In this document: positions 37,706 through 50,200 of the stretch, piece by piece
Layout of the letters: every line of letters begins with the position of its first letter
Position numbering within the stretch: position 1 is the first letter of the stretch
Assembly: GCA_964401055.1 (NCBI GenBank)
Contig: CAYNWW010000002.1
Location: 39,935-103,934, forward strand
DNA from: an uncultured Candidatus Saccharibacteria bacterium
GTDB taxonomy: Bacteria; Patescibacteriota; JAUYIX01; CAYNWW01
Direction of reading: 5' to 3'
DNA: 64,000 nucleotides
Position numbers and translations under genes: made by a program
Notes under the pieces: generated by a model
The model's database searches: none
Seen by the model: the letters and a program-made list of their open reading frames with translations, nothing else
Told to the model about the DNA's origin: nothing

Positions 37706-39198
37706 AAGATCACATTATCGAGTCCCTGCAAGAGCAAATCGCAACACTGGATCGCGCGCCTCGCGAAGAGCACGTCGGTGTGGTGACGCGCGCCAGCGAT
37801 GGTATTGCAAAAATCTACGGCCTGAGCGGCGTGAAATACAACGAAATGCTGACGTTTGAAAGCGGCGTTGCAGGCGTTGCACTCAACCTCGAGGAAGATA
37901 GCGCGGGCGCTGTTATTTTGGGTGATTTCCAATCGGTTCGCCAAGGCGAAACCGTCAAAGGAACTGGAAAAATCCTCAGTGTTCCTGTCGGCAACGGCAT
38001 GATTGGTCGTGTAGTCAACGCGCTCGGCGAGCCGATTGACGGCAAAGGACCGATTGTGGCAGATGCGATATATCCGATCGAACGCATTGCTTCCGGTGTG
38101 ATCACCCGTGATGCTGTCAAAACCCCATTACAAACCGGCATCAAAGCCATCGATGCCATGATTCCGGTCGGCCGCGGCCAGCGCGAACTCATCATCGGCG
38201 ACCGCCAAACCGGCAAGACCGCCATCGCCATCGACACGATCATCAACCAAACAGACGTCACTTGTATCTATGTCGCTATCGGACAAAAAGAATCCAAAGT
38301 GGCGAAAATCGTGGCCAAGCTGGAAGAATCCGGCGCCATGAAACACACCATTGTGGTGGTTGCCGGCGCATCAGAATCCGCCGCGCTCAGCTACATCGCC
38401 CCCTACACCGGCTGCGCAATGGGCGAATTTTTCATGGATAAAGGCAAAGACGCACTTATTGTCTACGATGATTTGTCCAAACACGCGTGGGGCTATCGCC
38501 AGATTTCACTCTTGCTCCGCCGTCCTCCAGGTCGCGACGCGTATCCGGGCGATGTGTTCTACCTCCATTCTCGCCTTCTTGAGCGTGCAGCAAAGTTGTC
38601 CAAGGAATTCGGCGGTGGCTCTCTGACCGCTCTTCCGATCATCGAAACCCAGGCCGGTGACGTGTCAGCCTACATCCCGACCAACGTAATTTCTATCACC
38701 GACGGCCAGATTTATCTCGAGCCTGATTTGTTTTACCAAGGCATCAAGCCAGCCATCAACGTCGGCCTCTCGGTCTCGCGCGTGGGATCGAGCGCACAGC
38801 TCAAAGCCATGAAAAAAGTGGCGTCCAAGCTGCGTCTCGATGCCGCACAATTCCGCGAACTTGCCGCTTTTGCCCAATTCGGATCCGACCTTGATGAAGA
38901 AACGAAAAAGCGCATCGAGCGTGGCAAGCGCGTACAAGAAATCCTCAAGCAAGGACAATACGCTCCGATGAACGTCGCCGACCAGATTATCATTATTTAC
39001 GCGGTCACGCGTGGATTTGCCGATGATGTGCCGGTAGAAAAAATGCGCACCTTCGAAGCAGGTCTGCTTGAATTTATCTCCAGTGGTCGCTACCGCGTCG
39101 TTCGCGAGGCAATTGAGAAGGAAAAAGAGCTCTCGGACAAAATCGACGCCGCGCTCACCAAAGTGATTACCGAATTTAAGAAAAATAGGACGTTTTAA
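37702..39198 (+). CDS. atpA: ATP synthase subunit alpha
   Basis: [40 protein letters not shown]. Confidence 0.98.
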   Translation: MKDHIIESLQEQIATLDRAPREEHVGVVTRASDGIAKIYGLSGVKYNEMLTFESGVAGVALNLEEDSAGAVILGDFQSVRQGETVKGTGKILSVPVGNGMIGRVVNALGEPIDGKGPIVADAIYPIERIASGVITRDAVKTPLQTGIKAIDAMIPVGRGQRELIIGDRQTGKTAIAIDTIINQTDVTCIYVAIGQKESKVAKIVAKLEESGAMKHTIVVVAGASESAALSYIAPYTGCAMGEFFMDKGKDALIVYDDLSKHAWGYRQISLLLRRPPGRDAYPGDVFYLHSRLLERAAKLSKEFGGGSLTALPIIETQAGDVSAYIPTNVISITDGQIYLEPDLFYQGIKPAINVGLSVSRVGSSAQLKAMKKVASKLRLDAAQFRELAAFAQFGSDLDEETKKRIERGKRVQEILKQGQYAPMNVADQIIIIYAVTRGFADDVPVEKMRTFEAGLLEFISSGRYRVVREAIEKEKELSDKIDAALTKVITEFKKNRTF

Positions 39199-40115
39199 TG
39201 CCCCAAGGAACTCGAGAACTCAAACGACGCATTCGCAGCGTCAAAAATACCCGCCAGATCACCAAAGCCATGGAAGCTGTGGCGGTTTCCAAGATGCGCA
39301 AAGCACAACACGCCGCGCTTGATGCGCGCGCGTATGCGCTCAAAGCTCTCGAGCTCCTGTCGCATGTCCAAGAAAAAGTTGGACGTGCCTCCCATCCCCT
39401 TCTTGCGTCCCGACCAGCGAAACGCGTCACCGTCATCGTGTTCACCACAGACAAAGGCCTGTGCGGCGCACTCAACACCAATGTGCTCAAAAAAGCAATC
39501 GAGGCGCTGGATGCTGAGAGCGGCACACAGACAACTCTTGTCACAGTGGGTAAAAAGGGTGCGGCATTTTTCAAAAAAACTCGCGCAGATATCACTGCCA
39601 CTTTTTCCAGCCTCGGCGATCGCACCGACATTGGTGATGTGGCCGCAATCTCGCGCGTTGCGCTAGATGACTTCCTCAATCATCGCACCGACAAAGTGAT
39701 CCTGGTCTACGCCAACTTTGTTTCGACCTTGCGCCAAGTGCCCCAAATTCGCCAGCTCCTCCCGCTTTCTCGCCAGCTCATTACAGAAATCTCTGAACTC
39801 TCTTCGCTCGAGCTGCGCGAAGAAGACACACGCGCAAAGTCATTTGACTTCGACTACTTGCTCGAGCCAAATGCAGACATGCTTCTCTCGGCTCTTTTAC
39901 CCAAACTGGTAGAAATGCAAATCTATCGCGCCCTTCTTGAAGCAAACGCGTCCGAACACTCCGCCCGTATGATTGCAATGAAAAATGCCACCGATAACGC
40001 GTCTGACATTCTTGAAGATCTCAACCTGACCTACAATCAATTGCGTCAATCAACAATTACGAAAGAAATTTCTGAAATTGTGGGTGGCGTTGAGGCACTC
40101 AAGGATCAAGAGTAG
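39198..40115 (+). CDS. atpG: ATP synthase subunit gamma
   Basis: ITKAME.VA.SK, DKGLCGALN, SEHSARM.AM..ATDNA, RQ..IT.EI.EI. Confidence 0.97.
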   Translation: MPQGTRELKRRIRSVKNTRQITKAMEAVAVSKMRKAQHAALDARAYALKALELLSHVQEKVGRASHPLLASRPAKRVTVIVFTTDKGLCGALNTNVLKKAIEALDAESGTQTTLVTVGKKGAAFFKKTRADITATFSSLGDRTDIGDVAAISRVALDDFLNHRTDKVILVYANFVSTLRQVPQIRQLLPLSRQLITEISELSSLELREEDTRAKSFDFDYLLEPNADMLLSALLPKLVEMQIYRALLEANASEHSARMIAMKNATDNASDILEDLNLTYNQLRQSTITKEISEIVGGVEALKDQE

Positions 40116-40151
40116 GCGTGCGCAACAAATTTATTTATGAATATTATTTGA

Positions 40152-41537
<1,386 letters not shown>

Positions 41538-41548
41538 TCTCTCCGCTT

Positions 41549-42004
41549 ATGGCTCAGCAGCTTCTCAATATTGAAATAGTCTCGATCAAGCGTACGGTGT
41601 ATACCGGCACCGCTCGTTCCTTGGTAGCGCACACAGTTGATGGCCAAATCACTATTTTGCCACACCACGAGCCGCTCATTACCCTCCTCGATCAAGGCGA
41701 GCTGGATATTCGCACCGAGTCAGGCGAAGAGTTATATTTTGCCCTCTCGAGTGGCTTTCTCGAAATTCGTCCAAACAAAATCATCATTCTTGTCGAAGAT
41801 GCTACGCGCGCCGAAGACATCGATGAAGCGAGTGCCCTCGCTGCGCGAAAACGCGCAGAAGAACTGATCCGCACACGCAACGAGAAAGACGACATGGAAT
41901 TTGCTGACGCCAAAGCGCTGCTTGCAAAATCCCTTCTCGAGCTCAAGGTTGTTGGCCGCAAAAAATCCCTTCGCACGCACACGCCACCGCTTCGGGAAGA
42001 ATAA
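41549..42004 (+). CDS. atpC: ATP synthase subunit epsilon
   Basis: GQITILPHHEPLIT, SGFLEI, AEDIDE..A..ARKRAE. Confidence 0.95.
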   Translation: MAQQLLNIEIVSIKRTVYTGTARSLVAHTVDGQITILPHHEPLITLLDQGELDIRTESGEELYFALSSGFLEIRPNKIIILVEDATRAEDIDEASALAARKRAEELIRTRNEKDDMEFADAKALLAKSLLELKVVGRKKSLRTHTPPLREE

Positions 42005-42011
42005 AGCTATC

Positions 42012-42044
42012 AAAAAACCATCGGCTCCAGGCCGATGGTTTTTT
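42012..42044. terminator. Bidirectional intrinsic terminator
   Basis: aaaaaaccatcggc-tccag-gccgatggtttttt between convergent atpC and SulP genes. Confidence 0.85.
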
Positions 42045-42067
42045 ATATAATCACCTACAAAAACCGT

Positions 42068-43702
42068 TTAACGAGGCTTAATACCAAGTGATTCAAGCGC
42101 AAACTGTGTCTTTTCAAAAATTAATTTCTCTTTTTCAAAACGATCGTACTTCTTCGAGCACTGCTTCAAGAGCGCCACAATAGCAGGATCAATGCTCGTC
42201 AAAAGGACCTTTTGTCCACGCTCCTCTGCAATACCAATGATTTCATCAAGCGCCTCAATGCCATCGAGATCAATAAAATACACTTCTCGCAACCGCAAAA
42301 CAATGTATTTATAGCTCGTAAGTCCCTCTTCGAATCGACTCACATGCGCACGACTATTCAAATAGCACAATTTTCCCCGAATTGAATAGAGTAAAATGTC
42401 AGCGTTTTCCTTAATCTCCTTAATGCTTTCGCCAGAAACAACACCTACAAGTCCTTCATCAAACTTATTGAGCTTCGCATCAAAATGTCCGTGTGAAATC
42501 TTGTTGGTAAAAATAAGAAGCGAGATCGACACGCCAACTAAAATACCAACAATTGGATCCTCAACGATTGTCACAGCCGCAACAAGCAATGCCACAAAAA
42601 AGCTTGAGCGCTCATATTGATAGAATCGAATAAAGTGCTTGCGTTCGATCATTTGTATCGCGACATACACGAGAATTGCCGCAATAACCGCCATCGGGAT
42701 ATAGCGGAAATAAATCAAGAACACCGAAGAAATAACTGCCACTAAAATCGCATTCACTATCGCTGACGTGCGGTGAGACGCGCCAGTTCTGATGTTTAAT
42801 GATGTACGTGCGAGTGCGGCGGTCGCAGGAATACCGCCCGCGAGTCCGGAGGCAATATTGGCAATGCCGAGGCTCAGCATCTCCTTGCGTCCATTGTGCT
42901 TAGTTCGCGTCATGCCATCCGCAATCTTCGCCGAAAGCATTGTTTCGAGAATTGCCACAAGTGCGATCACAAGCGCCGAAACCACCATATCGTGAGTAAA
43001 AGTCAGCGAAGGTGCGGAAAAAAATTGAAATGAAATAGAGCCAAACTTTCCGCCGAGCGTTTGAAGCTTAGACGATATAGCACCCGTTTCCCCCAAATAG
43101 CCCAACAAAATACCAACCGGTGCCAACACAATCGCACCCGGAATTTTTGGCAAAAACTTTTTGAACAAAAAGAGAGCCACGAGAAACAAAAAGAAGACTA
43201 CTACAGCAGCAAAGGAAAATCCGGATACATGTTTAAATGACTCAATCACATTATCAAAAAATTTTTCATGAACAGGTATATTTTTAAGTCCAAGCGCAGA
43301 GTTAAATTGGTTGAGACCGATAATAAATGCCACTCCCAAGGTAAATCCATGAATCACACTCGACGGAATCAAGATGAGATACCTCTCAAGCTTTAATGCA
43401 TATGCAATCAAAATCAGAATTCCTGCGAGCACCGCCAACACCGGAACGGTTGCCGCTCCATGAGCAATCGCATATGTTGCAATCACGCCCGACAACGCTC
43501 CTGTCGGACCAACAATGTTAAAGTTGCTGCCTGCAAAAACAGCCGCAAAAAAACCTGCCCACATAGCAGTCAGAATACCCATCAGCGGCGTAACGCCTGA
43601 GGCAACGGCAAGCGAAATCGAAAGTGGAATCGAGATAAGCGATACTGTCACGCCAGATTTCCAGTTTTTCTTGAGATGATCAAGGCCGGACTTGAGCTGC
43701 AT
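42068..43702 (-). CDS. SulP-family anion transporter with STAS domain
   Basis: IPLSISLAVASG, GPTGA, GIPATAALART, STAS FIDLDGIEAL. Confidence 0.93.
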   Translation of the reverse strand: MQLKSGLDHLKKNWKSGVTVSLISIPLSISLAVASGVTPLMGILTAMWAGFFAAVFAGSNFNIVGPTGALSGVIATYAIAHGAATVPVLAVLAGILILIAYALKLERYLILIPSSVIHGFTLGVAFIIGLNQFNSALGLKNIPVHEKFFDNVIESFKHVSGFSFAAVVVFFLFLVALFLFKKFLPKIPGAIVLAPVGILLGYLGETGAISSKLQTLGGKFGSISFQFFSAPSLTFTHDMVVSALVIALVAILETMLSAKIADGMTRTKHNGRKEMLSLGIANIASGLAGGIPATAALARTSLNIRTGASHRTSAIVNAILVAVISSVFLIYFRYIPMAVIAAILVYVAIQMIERKHFIRFYQYERSSFFVALLVAAVTIVEDPIVGILVGVSISLLIFTNKISHGHFDAKLNKFDEGLVGVVSGESIKEIKENADILLYSIRGKLCYLNSRAHVSRFEEGLTSYKYIVLRLREVYFIDLDGIEALDEIIGIAEERGQKVLLTSIDPAIVALLKQCSKKYDRFEKEKLIFEKTQFALESLGIKPR

Positions 43703-43743
43703 ACGGGTACGAATAAAATATAAATAAATTAAAACAGAAAATG

Positions 43744-43772
43744 AGTATAACGCTCCGCTATCGGGTTGTCAA
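43744..43772 (-). promoter_or_regulatory. sigma70 promoter of the SulP gene
   Basis: TTGACA-17 nt-TATACT on minus strand. Confidence 0.7.
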
Positions 43773-43791
43773 ATACAAATTCGAGGAAATA

Positions 43792-43835
43792 AAAGTGCCG
43801 TATTCCACTTTGCTACAAGAGGAATACGGCACTTT
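43792..43835 (-). terminator. Terminator after rplY
   Basis: aaagtgccgtattcc...ggaatacggcacttt inverted repeat. Confidence 0.75.
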
Positions 43836-43844
43836 CAATTGATA

Positions 43845-44564
43845 CTACTCAGCCTTCTTTTCTTTTTTCACTTCTTTGTTGCCATCTTTTTTGGCATCTT
43901 TGGTGCTGCCGGTTGCAGCAGGCGCATTTGGATCCACTTCCTTCTTCACGCCTTCCACTGACTGCACGTCTTCCACAACTTCAGCCTTCAACGACTCGAG
44001 CTCTGCTTCCGAGCGAGGAGGAGTGACTGAGGCCACCACTTCATCCATCTCAGTAATCATCTTGACCCCTTCCGGAAGCACGATATCACGAACCTTAATC
44101 ACGTCATCAAACGTAGCAAGTGAGGAAATCTGGGCAACCAAGTGATTTGGAATATTGGTCGGCAAGCATTCGATTTCGATTTCATCCATGGCCTTGACCA
44201 ACACGCCAGCCAGACTTTTAACCGCAGCAGAAACGCCTTCAAACGCCACCGGAACCTTGGTCTTGATCTTCTCTTTCAAGTTGACTTTGTACAAATCGGC
44301 ATGACGATACACGCCCGTCACCGGATCCTCATCCACACCATGAATCAGAACTTTTTCTTCTGTTGAGCCGATTTTTACGGTCACAAGAGCGCTTTCTTGT
44401 GCGCCTGCGTATACTTTTTTGAACTCAGCAAGAGCAACTTGCAACGACTGAGTTGGATAATTATGACCATACAATACAACCGGAATTTTACCGGCTCGGC
44501 GAAGTCCGCTCACGCTTTTGCCCAGCGCCACGCGTTTTTCAGCTGTTAATACAAATTCTTTCAT
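43845..44564 (-). CDS. rplY: 50S ribosomal protein L25 (Ctc type)
   Basis: LRRAGKIPVVLYG, HADLY, IECLP.NIP. Confidence 0.95.
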   Translation of the reverse strand: MKEFVLTAEKRVALGKSVSGLRRAGKIPVVLYGHNYPTQSLQVALAEFKKVYAGAQESALVTVKIGSTEEKVLIHGVDEDPVTGVYRHADLYKVNLKEKIKTKVPVAFEGVSAAVKSLAGVLVKAMDEIEIECLPTNIPNHLVAQISSLATFDDVIKVRDIVLPEGVKMITEMDEVVASVTPPRSEAELESLKAEVVEDVQSVEGVKKEVDPNAPAATGSTKDAKKDGNKEVKKEKKAE

Positions 44565-44590
44565 AGAGATACCTTACGAAATTATCAAAA

Positions 44591-44917
44591 TTAAAATCGG
44601 AACCCAGGCGCGCGGACTGCATGATGAACGTCGAGCACTTCATCGGCGATAACAGCCGGAACGGCGCGAAATTTCACCACATCTTCACTTGTCAAGTCCG
44701 TGATCAAACCCATCGAACTCACACCAATCTGGCCAGTAACCATCGCGGACACGATGGAACTCTTGCATTTGCCGCACTGGACATGGATCAAAAATGCGTT
44801 TTTGCGCTCTTCAATAATAGAAGCCGCATGCTTGCCATACTTCTCGCCGCAGAGCGGACAAGCAGAAAGCAAGCGCATATCCCCTCCCAAACTATACATC
44901 TTTCTCTTCATCTTCAT
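44591..44917 (-). CDS. Hypothetical zinc-ribbon protein
   Basis: CPLC...H.QC.KC..S, TDLT.EDV.KF, D.VLDVH. Confidence 0.7.
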   Translation of the reverse strand: MKMKRKMYSLGGDMRLLSACPLCGEKYGKHAASIIEERKNAFLIHVQCGKCKSSIVSAMVTGQIGVSSMGLITDLTSEDVVKFRAVPAVIADEVLDVHHAVRAPGFRF

Positions 44918-44974
44918 ATGACGGGTGATGAGAAATAAACTCTGCCCCTATTCTAGGCCGCAGAGGCGAAAAAG

Positions 44975-46084
44975 TCAAGAAGCGTGACCAGACAAACGCT
45001 GCGCACGACGAATCGCCACGCTTTCTACCAAACCAAGCGCAATCAGACTGGCAATCATCGAGCTTCCACCATAGCTCACCAGCGGAAGCGGAATGCCGGC
45101 CACAGGCATAATCCCCATATTCATGCCCACATTGATCAAAATCTGCGCCACGAGCATCACCAACACGCCTATGCCAATAAAAAAACCAAAATTGCTGCGC
45201 GCAAGCTGCGCCGAACGAGAAATCCGCCACAGCACAAAGCCAAACAAGCCCAGCAAAGCCGCCGCTCCCACAAATCCCAGCTCCTCAGCCAATACCGCAA
45301 ACACAAAATCCGTGTGCTGCTCGGGTAAAAAGTTGAGCTGACTTTGAGATCCATGACCAAGTCCCTTGCCGAACCACCCGCCTGAACCAACGGCAATAGT
45401 TGATTGAATTACATTGTATCCCTGCCCCAGCGGATCATCCTGAGGTCGCAAGAAGGTCATGATGCGATCTTTTTGATATGGCCGCAAAAACACCAGCCAG
45501 GCAATAGCCGCAAGTGCAAATCCGCTGGCCCCCAACACAGCCAGATGTGTTTTTTTAATGCCGGCAACCAGCAGCATGCCTCCCCAAATCGCCGCAATAA
45601 TGAGCGCTGAGCCCAGATCCGGCTGAATAACAACCAACGCAATCGGAATCAACGTCAACACTCCCGACACTACAATATGTCGAAACCGATACATCTCTTT
45701 TGCATACACCGAGAAGTACTGCGCCAACACGATAATAATGACCACTTTTGCAAATTCTGATGGCTGAAGGCTAAATCCGCCAATCTCAAACCAGCTTCGC
45801 GTCCCGCGCACCAATTTGCCAAAAAAAAGAACGGCAACAAGGACACTACAGATGGCCATGTAGAGCACCCACACCCAGCGCCGCAGGATTTCATAATTGA
45901 TCAGGCTCACCAGCAGGAGCAAAGGGATTCCTACGCCTGCAAACAACAATTGACGACCAGCATACGCAGGCCCACCTTCGTTGATGATTCCGGTGCTGTA
46001 AATAATCATCACACCAAGCAGCACAAGCGCGACCACCGCCCCAAAGAGCAACCAATCAAATTGGGTTAAGAGTTTTTTCCACAT
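44975..46084 (-). CDS. rodA: Rod shape-determining protein RodA
   Basis: LQPSEFAK, QPDLGSA, IAVGSGG..GKG, FLPEQHTDF, PLVSYGGSS. Confidence 0.95.
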   Translation of the reverse strand: MWKKLLTQFDWLLFGAVVALVLLGVMIIYSTGIINEGGPAYAGRQLLFAGVGIPLLLLVSLINYEILRRWVWVLYMAICSVLVAVLFFGKLVRGTRSWFEIGGFSLQPSEFAKVVIIIVLAQYFSVYAKEMYRFRHIVVSGVLTLIPIALVVIQPDLGSALIIAAIWGGMLLVAGIKKTHLAVLGASGFALAAIAWLVFLRPYQKDRIMTFLRPQDDPLGQGYNVIQSTIAVGSGGWFGKGLGHGSQSQLNFLPEQHTDFVFAVLAEELGFVGAAALLGLFGFVLWRISRSAQLARSNFGFFIGIGVLVMLVAQILINVGMNMGIMPVAGIPLPLVSYGGSSMIASLIALGLVESVAIRRAQRLSGHAS

Positions 46085-46096
46085 GGGCGCGCGAAA

Positions 46097-47095
46097 TTAT
46101 TGTCCGTATTCGAGATAGCGACCGCCTTGAGCGCGGAATACGTTAATAAAATTGTCGGATTTATACACATTGACTCGCGTACTTGCGGCAATCTTGGCAA
46201 CCGAGGTGTACGCGTCGAGATTCCACACAATTCGGAAATCGCGCTGAGTGTTTGAATGAAATCCATTCAAGACCGTGCGCGTCACGCCCAATACCTTACC
46301 CGCCACATCTGTTGCGGTAAGAAAGATATCAACCTGGTCAAATGTGTAGGGAGTCTGATTTACCACCGTACCGCTCACCTGAAAGCGATCACCTGCGGCA
46401 ACCGGCTGAATCGGCTTCACATTGCGCGCCAATAGATCCAGCGAAGAAAACTGCTCCAGCTTCACATATTTTTGCGAAGTGATTTCAAATGTGGCGCTGG
46501 CCGCCGGTGCGCTCGTAGTAAGCCCCAACTCAACAAGCGGCGCAGTTTCAAGCGGTAACATATACGTCATTCCGGAGCTCGAGCCAACTTCCTGTTTGGC
46601 AACATCTAAAAGAGTGATTTTATAGCCAAGCTCCTTGACGCCCCATTCCTGAGACGCGTTGCGCAGCTGCACAAACACATCTACTGCACCGGATTTTTGA
46701 AACAGCTGAGGCTCGGTTGACTCAATCTTGAAATCCGCCGGCGGACGTTCGTCGCATCCATCCGGAATTCCATTGCGGTTTTCGTCCACATGATCATCAA
46801 ATCCAGGGCACGCATCCAAGCGATCCACCACCCCATCATTGTCGCTGTCGGTATGAAGAGATTTGTCAAAATAATTGCGGATTGCGCCCGCATTGGCAAA
46901 TGCAACCAACAAGATAATCAACAAAAAAAGTCCAAGCGCCATCAAGCCGAGGTATCGACGATTGCGCAAGAAAAATAACTTGAGCTTGAATTCGCTCTGA
47001 ATACGCAAATGCGTACCGAGGACAGGCTCCTCTTCTTTGGGGAGCTCTTCGGGCTGAATTGGCTTTGGCTGTTCTTGGGGTTGCTCTGGTGACAT
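46097..47095 (-). CDS. Membrane-anchored protein with thrombospondin type-3-like Ca-binding repeats and Ig-like domains
   Basis: One TM, DSDNDGVVDRLDACP...DENRNGIPDGCD, two beta-rich repeats (V...RN.S / SG.VVN.T). Confidence 0.7.
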   Translation of the reverse strand: MSPEQPQEQPKPIQPEELPKEEEPVLGTHLRIQSEFKLKLFFLRNRRYLGLMALGLFLLIILLVAFANAGAIRNYFDKSLHTDSDNDGVVDRLDACPGFDDHVDENRNGIPDGCDERPPADFKIESTEPQLFQKSGAVDVFVQLRNASQEWGVKELGYKITLLDVAKQEVGSSSGMTYMLPLETAPLVELGLTTSAPAASATFEITSQKYVKLEQFSSLDLLARNVKPIQPVAAGDRFQVSGTVVNQTPYTFDQVDIFLTATDVAGKVLGVTRTVLNGFHSNTQRDFRIVWNLDAYTSVAKIAASTRVNVYKSDNFINVFRAQGGRYLEYGQ

Positions 47096-47228
47096 GCAGA
47101 CATCATACCACAACCGCTTTTTGCGCAAAAGTCAAAATTGCGAGCACGTCGGATGTTTTGTACAATACACCCACGACAAAGATAAAATTTTCATTAAAAT
47201 GTAATGAAAAAATACTAAATTTACCGCT

Positions 47229-50200
47229 ATGGATATGACTCCCGCTGCAACGCCCGCAACCCCGCCCGACCCAACGAAAAAAAATTTCGTGCATTTGCAT
47301 ACGCACAGTCACTATTCCCTGCTCGATGGATTGGGAAAAATTGACGACCTCGTCAATCGCGCCAAAGAACTCGGCATGACCGCACTCGCGCTCACCGATC
47401 ACGGCGTGATGTATGGCGCGGTCGAATTTTACCAAAAATGCACCAAGGCCGGCATCAAGCCAATCATCGGCATGGAAGGCTACATCGCACAAGGCAGCAT
47501 GACCCAAAAGCGCGCCAACATTGACGACAAGCCCTATCACGTCACGTTTCTGTCGTACAACGAAGAGGGCTACAAAAATCTGATCAAAATCACGTCGGCC
47601 GGACATTTGGAAGGATTTTACTACCGGCCGCGCGTGGATTATGACTTTTTGCGCGCGCACTCGCGCGGATTGATCGTACTTTCAGGCTGCGTCAACAGTC
47701 ATATTTCGCGCGAAATTATTTCCGGCAACATGGACAAAGCGCGCGAGATCGCTCTCATGTACCAAGAGATTTTTGGCAAAGAAAATTATTATTTTGAAAT
47801 CCAAGACAACCCCAAACTCGACAAGCAGATTATCAGCAATAAAGCGCTCCTTGAGCTCTCAAAAGAACTTGGCGTGCCGGTAGTTGCGACCAACGACATT
47901 CACTATGTACGTAAAGAAGATGCTCAAGCGCAAGATTTGCTTCTGTGCATCCAAACCAACCGCACCGTCCAAGAAACCAACCGCATGAATTTGCTCGACT
48001 GTGACTTGTCGATGCGATCGCGCGAAGAGATGGAAGAATCGTTTCGCGACATGCCGGAAGTGCTCGACAATACGGTCAAAATCGCCGAGCGCGTGGATTT
48101 TAAAATGAAACTGGGCGAAATCCAACTGCCGAAATACGAACTGCCCGAAGGCGAAACCAACGAAAGTTATTTGGAAAAATTGTGCCTGGTCGGCATGAAG
48201 CGTGCGTATGGCGTCGATGTGGCCGACTTGACCGAAGCCACGGTGGCGGGACTTTCGCCGCGCGATCGCGGCTATGTAGATCGATTGATTTACGAATTGG
48301 GCGTGATCAAAAAAACCGGATTCTCGAGCTATTTCCTCATCGTGCAAGACTTCGTGAACTATGCCAAAGGCGCGGGAATTTTCGTGGGCCCCGGCCGCGG
48401 TTCGGCTGCGGGAAGCTTGGTGTCATACGTACTCAACATCACAAGCGTAGATCCGATCGAGTATGGGTTGCTGTTTGAACGATTCCTCAACCCGGAACGT
48501 ATCAGCATGCCTGATATCGACCTCGACTTTGCCGACGACCGCCGCGCCGAAGTGATCGCATATGTGGAAAAGAAATACGGAAAAGATCACGTGGCACAGA
48601 TCGCCACGTTTGGAACCATGGCCGCACGCGCGGCCGTGCGGGACGCCGGCCGCGCACTCGCGCTCCCCTACGCCTATTGCGACCAAGTTGCCAAGCTCAT
48701 TCCTCCGATGAAATCCAATCTCACCAAAGCGCTCGCCAACGTGCCGGAATTCAAAGAATTGTACGAAAAAGATCCGCAAGCAAAACTCCTCATCGACATG
48801 GCGAAAAAACTCGAAGGTGTGGCGCGCCATGCATCCGTGCATGCCTGCGGCATCCTAGTCACCCGCGAAGAGCTCAACGCCTACGCGCCCGTCCTCGCCA
48901 TGGAAAACAAAAACGCGCCAAAAGACGCACCGACCAGCGCCATCGTGTCTCAGTATTCGCTCCACCCAGTCGAAGATCTCGGCTTGCTCAAGATCGACTT
49001 TTTGGGCTTGAAAAACCTGACGATCATGCAAAACGCGCTCAAGCTTTTGAAAGAAGGCAAAAACATCGACATCGACCTCAACAAGCTTGATTATAAAGAC
49101 GCAAAAACCTATGAACTGTTCCAACGCGGCGAAACCGTAGGCGTGTTCCAGTTTGAATCTTCCGGCATGCGCCGCTACCTCAAGCAGCTCCGCCCCACCG
49201 AATTGCGCGACATCATCGCCATGGTGGCGCTCTATCGCCCGGGCCCGATGGATCTGATCCCGGATTACATTGGCGGCAAACACGGCACCAAGCAGATCAC
49301 CTATCTCCATCCCAAGCTCGAGCCCATTCTCAAGCCGACCTATGGCGTCGCGGTGTATCAGGAACAATTGATGCAGCTCGCCCAAGCGCTCGCCGGCTGG
49401 ACGCTCGGTCAGGCCGACTTGCTGCGTAAAGCAATCGGTAAAAAAATCGAAGCGCTGTTGAAAGAGCAAAAAGAAAAATTCACCCGCGACTGCGTGGCCA
49501 ACGGCATCGAACTCGAAACCGCCCAACAAGTGTTTGCGTTCATCGAACCATTTGCCGGCTACGGCTTCAACTTGTCGCACGCCACCTGCTACGCCGTGCT
49601 CGGATTTATGACCGCCTACCTCAAGGCACACCACCCGGCCGAATTCATGGCCGCGCTCATGACCTCGGACGAAGGCGACACTGACCGGCTCGCCATCGAA
49701 AGTGCCGAATGTAAAGCTATGGGCATCCCCGTGCTCTCCCCCGATGTCAACGAAAGCGGCGCCAGCTTCAGCGTCGTCCGCCACCCGGAAGATCCGACGC
49801 GCGATGCCATTCGCTTTGGCTTGGGCGCAGTGAAAAATGTGGGCGCCAACATCGTAGCCGTCATCGTGGCCGAGCGCCGCGCCAATGGACCATTTGCCTC
49901 GCTGGATGATTTTGTCACACGCGTACAATCCCGCGACCTCAACAAAAAATCACTGGAAAGCCTGGCGAAATGCGGTGCGCTCGATCGATTTGCCGAACGC
50001 GCATCCGTGATCGCCAACATGGACGACATCTTACGTCACGCCAAAGAAATTCAAAAAGCGCGCGCGTTTGGTCAAGAGTCGCTCTTCGCTTCCATCGCGC
50101 GCACCACGCCCGCCTTTCAAGCCCCCGCGCTCCAACTCAAGCCGGTGACTCCCGCCATTCGCGAAGAAAAATTGTCGTGGGAAAAAGAATTACTCGGTCT

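Noticed and set aside
47103-49928. Long minus-strand ORFs (185, 162, 357 aa and others)
   Set aside because: Antisense shadows of the codon-biased dnaE
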